A stretch of 25,320 nucleotides of DNA from a virus (IMGVR_UViG_3300025635_000142:1-25320), one strand, 5' to 3'; positions 17,519-24,277 are shown, counted from the stretch's first letter. Notes: generated by a model not told the origin, from the sequence alone. Translations and numbers: made by a program.

Positions 17519-18153
17519 AAAAATGGAAGATTCTCAATCTGTACGCTGGGCTTGGTGGAAACAGGAAGCTTTGGCCAAATGATCTATGTGACGTAACATC
17601 TGTTGAAATGGATGAGAAAATAGCATCCGTTTACGCCAGATTGCACCCGCTTGACAAGTTAATCGTTGGTGATGCCCACCAGTACCTACTGGAGCACTTC
17701 GACAAGTTTGACTTCATCTGGTCAAGCCCACCCTGTCAGACGCACTCAAGAATGGCCAAAGCAACCAGGCACAGCCTAAAGCGATACCCAGACATGTCGC
17801 TGTACCAAGAGGTGATTTTCTTGAAGAACTACTTCAAAGGGCTGTGGGTTGTTGAAAATGTTGAGCCCTATTACGGCGTTCTCATTCCAGCCCAGCGTGT
17901 CGGAAGGCACATGTTTTGGTCCAACTTCCCAATTCATGCGCGTGATGTAAAGCGGCCTGGCGGGTTCATTTCCAAATGCAACCTTGCTGGAAAAAAGGCC
18001 ATGCAACAATGGCTCGGAATCGAGTACGAGGAGAACATTTACTACGGATCAAACCATTGCCCCGCTCAGATTTTACGCAATTGCGTGCATCCAAGCATTG
18101 GTCTGGACGTGCTTAATTCTGCCAGAAAGACGCTACACGGGACACTTCTTTAA
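17515..18153 (+). CDS. C5 cytosine DNA methyltransferase (short phage type)
   Basis: LYAGLGG (motif I), SPPCQ (IV), VENV (VI), RNCV (X). Confidence 0.9.
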   Translation: MKKWKILNLYAGLGGNRKLWPNDLCDVTSVEMDEKIASVYARLHPLDKLIVGDAHQYLLEHFDKFDFIWSSPPCQTHSRMAKATRHSLKRYPDMSLYQEVIFLKNYFKGLWVVENVEPYYGVLIPAQRVGRHMFWSNFPIHARDVKRPGGFISKCNLAGKKAMQQWLGIEYEENIYYGSNHCPAQILRNCVHPSIGLDVLNSARKTLHGTLL

Positions 18154-18317
18154 CTCCCCGCCGTGTACTGGTCATACACGCCAAGCTCTTCTTCCAGGTA
18201 AACAGGCTTCACCTTCTTGAGCTTGCCTTTCACAACGCGACACAAGTGACCAATGTGTCGAACTTCGGGAAGGTGGAGCAAGAGCCCGTAGGCGGTTTCA
18301 ATCTTCGGTCGTTTCAT
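18150..18317 (-). CDS. hypothetical protein
   Basis: MKRPKIETAY..., converges on the MTase stop. Confidence 0.45.
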   Translation of the reverse strand: MKRPKIETAYGLLLHLPEVRHIGHLCRVVKGKLKKVKPVYLEEELGVYDQYTAGS

Positions 18318-18441
18318 CTTCTGGAGCGTCGTCGAAGTGACCTTGTTTGGCAACCAATTCGTTGGCGCACGGTTCGCATATTGCGATCCAGTCGTGAAAA
18401 GCCGTGAATGAATCTCCGCAGGTTTGGCAGAACTTCTTCAT
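18298..18441 (-). CDS. small CxxC..CxxC zinc-finger protein with acidic tail
   Basis: MKKFCQTCGDSF...ICEPC...EDETTED, immediately downstream of the RNA array. Confidence 0.55.
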   Translation of the reverse strand: MKKFCQTCGDSFTAFHDWIAICEPCANELVAKQGHFDDAPEDETTED

Positions 18442-18465
18442 TGCGAAGAGTGTCACCAAAAATAC

Positions 18466-18543
18466 TGGACGCCAACGCTGGATTTGAACCAGCAACCCCC
18501 GAGAGCTACCACGGCGCTCTTATCCGTTTGAGCTTAGTTGGCG
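18466..18543 (-). ncRNA. tRNA-like RNA 4 (degenerate anticodon arm, encoded CCA)
   Basis: CGCCAAC/GTTGGCG acceptor + TCCA, D-arm GCTC-AAACGGATAA-GAGC, T-arm GCTGG-TTCAAAT-CCAGC, anticodon arm CCGTG-GTAGCT-CTCGG (mismatch, 6-nt loop). Confidence 0.85.
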
Positions 18544-18553
18544 ATAAAAGTAA

Positions 18554-18649
18554 TGATGTCGGCAAGATTTGAACTTGCAAGGCCCTTCCAACATGCTGGA
18601 GCAGGCCGACCGTTGCAACGGCTTGCGTTATCCCATACGCCCCGACATC
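18554..18649 (-). ncRNA. tRNA-like RNA 3 (short anticodon loop, very long variable arm)
   Basis: GATGTCG/CGACATC acceptor, D-arm GCGT-ATGGGATA-ACGC, GCCG-TTGCAA-CGGT, 27-nt extra arm, T-arm GCAAG-TTCAAAT-CTTGC. Confidence 0.82.
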
Positions 18650-18654
18650 AAAAT

Positions 18655-18804
18655 TGGACGAGTCGCCGGTATGAGTCTGAGGATTTCACGGTTGTTTCAG
18701 TTGGAAGCCTACAGCCGCCTCCTGCCTATCTCAGCAAGTTACCGGACTACTGGCGCTCACCGCCAGCGTGCTTTATCCGTCGATATTCTTTACACTACGA
18801 CTCG
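18655..18804 (-). ncRNA. tRNA-like RNA 2 (150 nt, expanded D- and T-loops, encoded CCA)
   Basis: CGAGTCG/CGACTCG acceptor + TCCA, D-stem GTGT/GCAC with 20-nt loop, CTGGC-GGTGAGC-GCCAG arm, T-stem CCGGT/ACCGG enclosing 70 nt. Confidence 0.75.
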
Positions 18805-18812
18805 AAAAGTGC

Positions 18813-18870
18813 AGATAGCGGCTGGACTCGAACCAGCGACCCAAGGCTCTACCAACTGAGCTACGCTATC
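18813..18870 (-). ncRNA. tRNA-like RNA 1 (no anticodon arm)
   Basis: GATAGCG TA GCTC AGTTGGTA GAGC CTTGGGTC GCTGG TTCGAGT CCAGC CGCTATC T: canonical acceptor, D and T arms with only 8 nt between D- and T-stems. Confidence 0.88.
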
Positions 18871-18904
18871 TAGTTACTTGTAGCAACAAGCGGAGACATG
18901 TCAA
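18871..18904 (-). promoter_or_regulatory. promoter of the tRNA-like array
   Basis: TTGACA-16-TACAAG-6 nt-G1 of RNA 1. Shares CTTGTTGCTAC with the 15311 promoter. Confidence 0.75.
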
Positions 18905-19173
18905 GGTTCCGCTGTGTATCCAGGCGTGTACCGGCGCATGGATTGCAACTCGCGGATGTGGTCTTCTTGGTCGCGGATGGTTTCTTTGAGCGACTGGATC
19001 TCAAAGTTGGCTTCGTCAAAGGCTTCTTTTGTTGCATTTAGCTCTCGTTCGAGTTGGCGGGCTAACTGCATGTCATTTTCAAAGGCGCAACACATCTCCT
19101 TGCGTGATGCCCAATCCAAATAAATGGAATGCAAACGTGCGTATTCCGCGTCCGTCCTGGGTGTATCGCTCAT
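18901..19173 (-). CDS. phage protein, MSDTPRTDA...ARQLERELN family
   Basis: Characteristic N-terminal motif and coiled coil. Confidence 0.75.
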   Translation of the reverse strand: MSDTPRTDAEYARLHSIYLDWASRKEMCCAFENDMQLARQLERELNATKEAFDEANFEIQSLKETIRDQEDHIRELQSMRRYTPGYTAEP

Positions 19174-19385
19174 ATTCCAACCTCCATCAATTTCCAGGAT
19201 TCAACTCCGGTTCCGTTGCAGCTTTTGCATTTCTCAAAGTTTGCGTTTCCAGAGCCATCCGTGTTTATGAAGTCTCCCATTCCGTCACACCAGAAACAGC
19301 TAATTGATTCGATGTCGAATCCGCAGTGCTTACAAGTGAAGCAGAATGCAGCGATTGGCGAATCGGGCTCGTGTTTGCAGCTCAT
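19170..19385 (-). CDS. DnaJ-type zinc-finger small protein
   Basis: CFWCDGMG and CKSCNGTG repeats. Confidence 0.7.
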   Translation of the reverse strand: MSCKHEPDSPIAAFCFTCKHCGFDIESISCFWCDGMGDFINTDGSGNANFEKCKSCNGTGVESWKLMEVGI

Positions 19386-19511
19386 AAAAAACTCAACAGC
19401 GGTCGCAATTAAGCGATGTTATGCTCACCAGCTTTGCGATTGGGAATTTCCAGACCTGTAGGTGTAAATCGTAAACCACCCGGTCGCGTTCTTCCGCTGT
19501 TGATAAAGTGT

Positions 19512-19787
19512 TCATCGACGACAAAGCGCACGCGCCTCGACTCGTCTTGGATTGTTCCAAGCAACCTCCAGCGGCAACCTGTTCAATGGATGCGACTCGT
19601 CTTGAATTGGATCCATGTGTTTTGATACCCAAAGATTCAGCCACTTGTGCTGATCTTCTGCGCGCTGAAATGCGGCATGGTCGTTTGCTGTGATTAGTCC
19701 GCTTCTGAGTTTCGATTTCATTTCATTGAGGCTACCGCGCTTACCTCCAAGAGCAAGTTTTACTTCTTGGCAAATTTCGAGTTCCAC
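19512..19787 (-). CDS. hypothetical protein
   Basis: 91 aa within the operon. A 40-aa coupled ORF (19393..19515) may follow. Confidence 0.5.
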   Translation of the reverse strand: MELEICQEVKLALGGKRGSLNEMKSKLRSGLITANDHAAFQRAEDQHKWLNLWVSKHMDPIQDESHPLNRLPLEVAWNNPRRVEARALCRR

Positions 19788-19981
19788 TCATCAACGATGG
19801 CCATAAACTGTTTGCTGGACGTGTCGATGATGCCGTTCTTGGGTTTGTAATCGCTTGTTCTTGATGCACACGGGCTGAAAACGCCGTCGTCGCAGGCGAT
19901 GAATACTAGATTGTGAAAGATGCCAACTGACGGGTTGCCTCCGCATCGACATTTATGAAGGGTTGTGCCGTTGATTTTCAT
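19760..19981 (-). CDS. Lar-like zinc-binding protein (divergent)
   Basis: LHKCRCGGNP...IAC...C...EWN pattern. Confidence 0.55.
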   Translation of the reverse strand: MKINGTTLHKCRCGGNPSVGIFHNLVFIACDDGVFSPCASRTSDYKPKNGIIDTSSKQFMAIVDEWNSKFAKK

Positions 19982-20193
19982 TTGCAATACCTCGTTGAGA
20001 ATTTGTGAGCAGCCTGGCAAAGCGTCTTCGCCTCCAACTTTTCCATGATGACTCGGATTAAGTAGTGAATGGACTGCTCTGTTTTACCAAGCTGTGTCGC
20101 GACTGACTTTATCCGGTGGCCAGCGCAGAGCAAATTCATTATCGCGAATTCATGCTCGCCAAGTGGATCTCCTGTGCATTTGCGGATTTTCAT
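19978..20193 (-). CDS. stand-alone LuxR-type HTH protein
   Basis: LGEHEFAIMNLLCAGHRIKSVATQLGKTEQSIHYLIRVIMEKLEAKT. Confidence 0.75.
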   Translation of the reverse strand: MKIRKCTGDPLGEHEFAIMNLLCAGHRIKSVATQLGKTEQSIHYLIRVIMEKLEAKTLCQAAHKFSTRYCK

Positions 20194-20414
20194 TTTGAGT
20201 ACCGTTTCCACAGCAAACACGGCTCGCAAACCAAAGGTCCAGTTTCAGAATCGGTCGTGTAGAAATCGCGAGTCGGAGTGCAAATTTCCACCTTTCCACA
20301 ACGCGAACACTTGCACGATTTATATCCGCGATCTGTTCCGCCGCGTGTAATCGGATTAGACAGTTGTTCAATTTGATTGAACATGTCGTTATTGTTGAGG
20401 TATTGCGTGGTCAT
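20190..20414 (-). CDS. small zinc-finger protein
   Basis: CSRC...CEPC, ATGA-coupled. Confidence 0.6.
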   Translation of the reverse strand: MTTQYLNNNDMFNQIEQLSNPITRGGTDRGYKSCKCSRCGKVEICTPTRDFYTTDSETGPLVCEPCLLWKRYSK

Positions 20415-20578
20415 TTCGCCTCCTGTTCGCTCCGTTTGTTCCAAGCCTCGTCAGCTTCCTTTGCTGTGAGCTTTGCAGGTCCGCAAGCATGGCAATCATC
20501 GCACCATGCTGAGACTGGGAATCCAATCACATCAGCTTGGTTGATGTTGTGCGATCCGCAAAATGGGCAAGGTTTCAT
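20411..20578 (-). CDS. Lar family restriction-alleviation protein (55 aa, not in ORF track)
   Basis: MKPCPFCGSHNINQADVIGFPVSAWCDDCHACGPAKLTAKEADEAWNKRSEQEAK. Confidence 0.85.
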   Translation of the reverse strand: MKPCPFCGSHNINQADVIGFPVSAWCDDCHACGPAKLTAKEADEAWNKRSEQEAK

Positions 20579-20793
20579 TCGTTCAACCTCGCCTCTCCGC
20601 GAATGATTTTGTAGCTGTTTCCTTCGCCACCATAAGACCCAAGATCAATTGGGACTTCACGAATAGCCGTGCCAACGGCCTCTCGAAACAACGCCTCGCT
20701 ATCACCTTCGCAATCGTAGAAAATGTGCATCGGCACGATCAGCTCAATTGTGACTTTCTTTCGGCGTGTTGCTTTTGGCGTTTTCATTCTCAA
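20575..20793 (-). CDS. hypothetical protein
   Basis: About 70 aa, preceded by TTGACT-16-TAACGT (20798-20825). Confidence 0.55.
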   Translation of the reverse strand: MRMKTPKATRRKKVTIELIVPMHIFYDCEGDSEALFREAVGTAIREVPIDLGSYGGEGNSYKIIRGEARLNE

Positions 20794-20827
20794 AGCGACG
20801 TTACCCGCTCAAACTTTCGAGTCAAGT

Positions 20828-21064
20828 TTAGTTTGTGGTTGGAACTACAGGTTGCTCGGCCTCCTTGAGCTTTCGGAACAACTCTTCAGCATCGCGAAGC
20901 TGGTCTATAATCGTATCACCACTTGGTCCTTGAGGTGGATTCAGCGACTCGTAAAGCATCTCGGAGCAGCGTTTCCAGTCTTCCAACTTCCTCTCTAACG
21001 CTCTTACGTCGGTGATGTGAACTACCTCGTGTTCCCATATTTTAACGATTTTGTAAGCACTCAT
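20828..21064 (-). CDS. hypothetical protein
   Basis: 78 aa, ATGA-coupled. Confidence 0.6.
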   Translation of the reverse strand: MSAYKIVKIWEHEVVHITDVRALERKLEDWKRCSEMLYESLNPPQGPSGDTIIDQLRDAEELFRKLKEAEQPVVPTTN

Positions 21065-21294
21065 TTGGTAGCCTTCTCACGACGCTTAAGCCACCTGTAG
21101 TATGCCTTCCAGACGGGATGCTTTTCTCCAGGTTGCCTTTTGCGATCCGTTCCATCCCTGTTGATCCATGCAGGCCCGCAATAGTTGTGATGGTCCCAGC
21201 GCCATTTGCGACCGTTTACGATAGCTTCTCCATGCGCGTCGGATACAGTGACAACGCATGAGGTTCCACCAATTTCCAAAAACAGGTCTTTCAT
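21061..21294 (-). CDS. hypothetical phage protein
   Basis: WRWDHHNYCGP...DG..RKRQPGEKHPVWKA, ATGA-coupled. Confidence 0.65.
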   Translation of the reverse strand: MKDLFLEIGGTSCVVTVSDAHGEAIVNGRKWRWDHHNYCGPAWINRDGTDRKRQPGEKHPVWKAYYRWLKRREKATK

Positions 21295-21443
21295 CGCATT
21301 CCTTTCGCGTTTATCCGCTTAACCAACGCCAAGATTCCAAGAGCAACCAGTAGCGACACGAGTCCTAAAGACTCGTCAAAACGGATGATGCGCGGAACTG
21401 GTCCGATGTTGACGGGTGTTTGGGTTATGGTGCTGTTATTCAC
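21291..21443 (-). CDS. small membrane-anchored peptide
   Basis: C-terminal hydrophobic helix LGLVSLLVALGILALV followed by KR. Start uncertain. Confidence 0.45.
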   Translation of the reverse strand: MNNSTITQTPVNIGPVPRIIRFDESLGLVSLLVALGILALVKRINAKGMR

Positions 21444-21527
21444 GAGTTCCCTTTTCGCAAATGTACAGAGCAATGACCGCTCCAATGGCGAACTCTTTGA
21501 TTGTGGACAGGATGCGGAATGGAGGTT

Positions 21528-21920
21528 TCACTTTGCCACCTCGCTTTTTTCTGGGGGAACAATGGGGCCTGTAATTGTTCCAATGTAGGTGTAGTTCGCG
21601 TTCATTTGAGCGCCACTCTTTATCTTTGCGCCACTCACCAAAGTGAACCGGCCCGCAGGATCGTCTCGGAAGTGGTACACATGCACCACCTCTACCTTTG
21701 GAGCGAAGAAGAGGTCCCATCTATCAGGAGGACTCTCCGCTAAAATACCAGACCGTCCATTGTCCTGCCAAGATTGTGGAGTCTTATTTGATCCAGCATA
21801 TCCAACGACCGGATATTTTCCTCTACCTTTTACGCTGATGATCTCTACCGGCTCTCCATCGCGACCAACCACAGGCGTCTCCTCGTTGCTGATGAATTCT
21901 GATGCGTTGAATTGTTTCAT
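21528..21920 (-). CDS. conserved phage protein (VV.RDG..V.I...YPVVG family)
   Basis: Motif PVVGRDGEPVEII...KYPVVG...GR...DLFFAP. Confidence 0.7.
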   Translation of the reverse strand: MKQFNASEFISNEETPVVGRDGEPVEIISVKGRGKYPVVGYAGSNKTPQSWQDNGRSGILAESPPDRWDLFFAPKVEVVHVYHFRDDPAGRFTLVSGAKIKSGAQMNANYTYIGTITGPIVPPEKSEVAK

Positions 21921-21934
21921 TTGGTTGGCAAGTT

Positions 21935-22255
21935 TTAATCGCGCTCTGAGTTGTATCTGACGGCTTCTGCGATGGCTTCGATGTCGGTTGTAACCATCCA
22001 GTTTTCAGCATCTCGACTTCTCCACGTCCTAATCAGCTTGCAGCACAAGTCCCGCAAGTGACCGTATTCCATTTGCGCTCCAAATTCCGGACAGCCAATT
22101 GCGTCGTCAGCTCTAGCACATCCAGGAAAACCGCTCTTGCACTTGGACCACTCGTCCTTTGGAAGCTGGCAGTAGCGGCACGCGCCGGGTGAATTCGCCA
22201 ATGCTGCGCGGAGACGGGTATTTTCTTCTGTGAGTGATTGGAGTTCTGGGTTCAT
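21935..22255 (-). CDS. Cys-rich phage protein
   Basis: CRYCQLP...KCKSGFPGCARADD..GCP. Confidence 0.65.
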   Translation of the reverse strand: MNPELQSLTEENTRLRAALANSPGACRYCQLPKDEWSKCKSGFPGCARADDAIGCPEFGAQMEYGHLRDLCCKLIRTWRSRDAENWMVTTDIEAIAEAVRYNSERD

Positions 22256-22491
22256 TGCGGTCCTCCAATTTTCCAAATGTCTTGTTCTCCGAAATCGCTC
22301 ATGTCTGCGGCGATCCAGATGTATGATTTTGTTTCAGCCATGTAGCTTGTTTCGCCCGTTTGAATTATCTGGTCAAACCAGTTCAGTGCCACATCACTTG
22401 GAACGTCGACGCATGATTCATCTTTTAAGAATGCGGTTGCCTGTTTTGTTTTTAGCAGCTCGATAAGCTGGAGTTTGGTTAGTGTTTTCAT
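22252..22491 (-). CDS. hypothetical protein
   Basis: 79 aa, ATGA-coupled. Confidence 0.55.
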   Translation of the reverse strand: MKTLTKLQLIELLKTKQATAFLKDESCVDVPSDVALNWFDQIIQTGETSYMAETKSYIWIAADMSDFGEQDIWKIGGPQ

Positions 22492-22886
22492 TGTGTATCA
22501 TCAACCTTCTTAAAAGTATGTGCGGAAAAATCGAACCACGGCCTCTTCTCTCCAACGAACCACCCAAAATAACGCGCAACGTATTCGCCTTGATCTGGAA
22601 TCCACATCTTTTCAACGCGAACGCCGTCTTTGAATACGTGGTACACGCCCGGCTTTGTTGGAGCCTCATCGCTTGACCACTCTGGAATATGCGCCCAACG
22701 GATTGGTTTCTTGTGACCCTTTGTATTTGATCTAGAGTGATTCCATTCGCGAGGCTTCCCTTCTTCCATGCTGTAATACCACTGTCCGTGAGATAATCTG
22801 CTGGATTCTCCGTCGTCACCAATAACCCAATTGTCGTCTTCAGGAACAACGTCGGACACGTTGAACCATTTGATTTTTGTGCTCAT
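22488..22886 (-). CDS. DUF551-like phage protein
   Basis: W..VSDVVPE...V...RWAHIP followed by WSSDEAPTKPGVY. Confidence 0.6.
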   Translation of the reverse strand: MSTKIKWFNVSDVVPEDDNWVIGDDGESSRLSHGQWYYSMEEGKPREWNHSRSNTKGHKKPIRWAHIPEWSSDEAPTKPGVYHVFKDGVRVEKMWIPDQGEYVARYFGWFVGEKRPWFDFSAHTFKKVDDTQ

Positions 22887-22887
22887 G

Positions 22888-23250
22888 TTACCTAGGAATT
22901 CCAAGTCCTTCGATGGCGTTGAGGCGGTCTTTCAAGCGTTGGTTTTCGGATTCGAGTGTTTCAATCCGGATGCTGTTACGGGCAAAAGATTCAAAAAGCG
23001 TGCTCATCGTTTTTGATAATGCAGAGACGGTTTTTGAAAGTTCTGCGATTTGGGTTTCGGTATGTGGGCATGTGGCTGGAGTGGCTTTCTCGGAAGTATC
23101 AATTTGCTTCCTGAAGCTTGTGACGCTTCCTTCCAAATCTACAAGAAGGTCGTATCCGCCATAGAATCGCCGCGTCGTTCCAAATTCGTCTACCGTTTGA
23201 ATGTAGCCGATTTCCCATACTCTACCCGTTTCGCGGTCTCGTAATTTCAT
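22888..23250 (-). CDS. hypothetical protein with coiled-coil C-terminus
   Basis: 120 aa, preceded by TTGACA-16-GACAGT-6-ATG (23251-23284). Confidence 0.65.
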   Translation of the reverse strand: MKLRDRETGRVWEIGYIQTVDEFGTTRRFYGGYDLLVDLEGSVTSFRKQIDTSEKATPATCPHTETQIAELSKTVSALSKTMSTLFESFARNSIRIETLESENQRLKDRLNAIEGLGIPR

Positions 23251-23291
23251 GTTGTTACTGTCTCGAACAAATGAGGGGTGTCAAATGGGAA

Positions 23292-23534
23292 TTAGGGTTT
23301 CATCTTGATTCCAATCTCGTCGAACAAGGCCTGGATGCTGCTCTCCTTGTCCGCGTCGCGAAGCATGCGGGTCACTTCTTCAGTGATGATTTGTTCCCAC
23401 TTGTTGCGGATGTCCACGTTCTTGGTGTTGGGCGAGATTTGATCCCACTCGCCACCAATTCCACGGCGGGCGCTGATGTCCTTATCCAGCCGGTTGAAGA
23501 TTCGACGGGCTAGTATGTTGAGTTCGTGGGTCAT
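23292..23534 (-). CDS. hypothetical phage protein
   Basis: DISARRGIGGEWDQI...IRNKWEQII. Confidence 0.65.
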   Translation of the reverse strand: MTHELNILARRIFNRLDKDISARRGIGGEWDQISPNTKNVDIRNKWEQIITEEVTRMLRDADKESSIQALFDEIGIKMKP

Positions 23535-23722
23535 TGTGGGTCCTTCATCTTGAACACCGGGTATCCACTTGGTCCGTTGGTGTAGTAGGCAAAGCCGTGT
23601 TTGACGAGTTCGCGCTCGGAGATTTCGACTTGACGGTCGCCTAAAGCTACCATTGTCACAGTGAGTCCAAGCAACACGCCCACGAAAAAACCAGCGGCAA
23701 ATGTGGATATGTCAACATTCAC
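23531..23722 (-). CDS. small membrane protein
   Basis: Hydrophobic FAAGFFVGVLLGLTVTMVALG. GTG start overlaps the HNH stop. Confidence 0.6.
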   Translation of the reverse strand: MNVDISTFAAGFFVGVLLGLTVTMVALGDRQVEISERELVKHGFAYYTNGPSGYPVFKMKDPQ

Positions 23723-24189
23723 GACTCCACCTCCACGCCACAGGGTTTTCTGTTTGGCGTCGTGATAGCCCGCTCCGGATTCACCCCTCTTAATATGCGC
23801 TTTCGCAATCCTGCGTAACCAGTTTTGCACATTTCATGCCTAGACCACTCCGCGATGGTTTTCGTTTCTCCGAACGCTGTTATCCGCACGTTTTTTGTTT
23901 GGTTGTTCATTTGTTGAATGGTTGTGGCCCACCTGCAATTGTCTTTTGAATACCCCTTGGAATTATCAATCCTGTCAATTCCGTAACCATCCGGCCTTTC
24001 ACCCATGTCTTTCAAAAACGATTCAAACGATGACCAGCTTTCACAAACTGTTATGTTTTTAGATAGATAATGCGGGTGATTCAAGCATCTGCGCCTCATT
24101 TGAATCCATGCTGCGTATGTTCTTGATTTATTGTTCCATCTGGCGTGTCCGTGCTTTGTTTTGAACGGCCTTCCTCTTACATTACTCAT
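23719..24189 (-). CDS. HNH-type homing endonuclease
   Basis: KHGH...TYAAWIQMRRRC, ITVCESW..FESFLKDMGERP..IDRIDNSKGYSKDNCRWAT..QMNN. Confidence 0.9.
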   Translation of the reverse strand: MSNVRGRPFKTKHGHARWNNKSRTYAAWIQMRRRCLNHPHYLSKNITVCESWSSFESFLKDMGERPDGYGIDRIDNSKGYSKDNCRWATTIQQMNNQTKNVRITAFGETKTIAEWSRHEMCKTGYAGLRKRILRGVNPERAITTPNRKPCGVEVES

Positions 24190-24243
24190 AAATCACTTTA
24201 GCGGCTTTTTTGATTTCTTTGTTGGTCATTTGAATCCTTTCAC

Positions 24244-24277
24244 ACCACGTTTGTAGCAGGAACTTGAGAGATGTCAA
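24244..24277 (-). promoter_or_regulatory. putative promoter
   Basis: TTGACA-16-TACAAA-6-GTG, with AAAGGA ahead of ATG 24229. Confidence 0.7.

Noticed and set aside
18671-18740. Group I/II intron in RNA 2
   Set aside because: 70 nt is too short and no catalytic core motifs are visible.
18466-18870. Calling the elements functional tRNA-Cys/Ser/Arg, tmRNA or a CRISPR array
   Set aside because: No canonical 7-nt U33 anticodon loops, no G3:U70 or tag-reading frame, and no repeated identical units.
18538-18873. Plus-strand ORFs 18538..18873 and 18569..18859
   Set aside because: They are antisense to the tRNA-like array and have no protein motifs; ARFELA and AGLEPAT are typical translations of reverse-complement T-arms.
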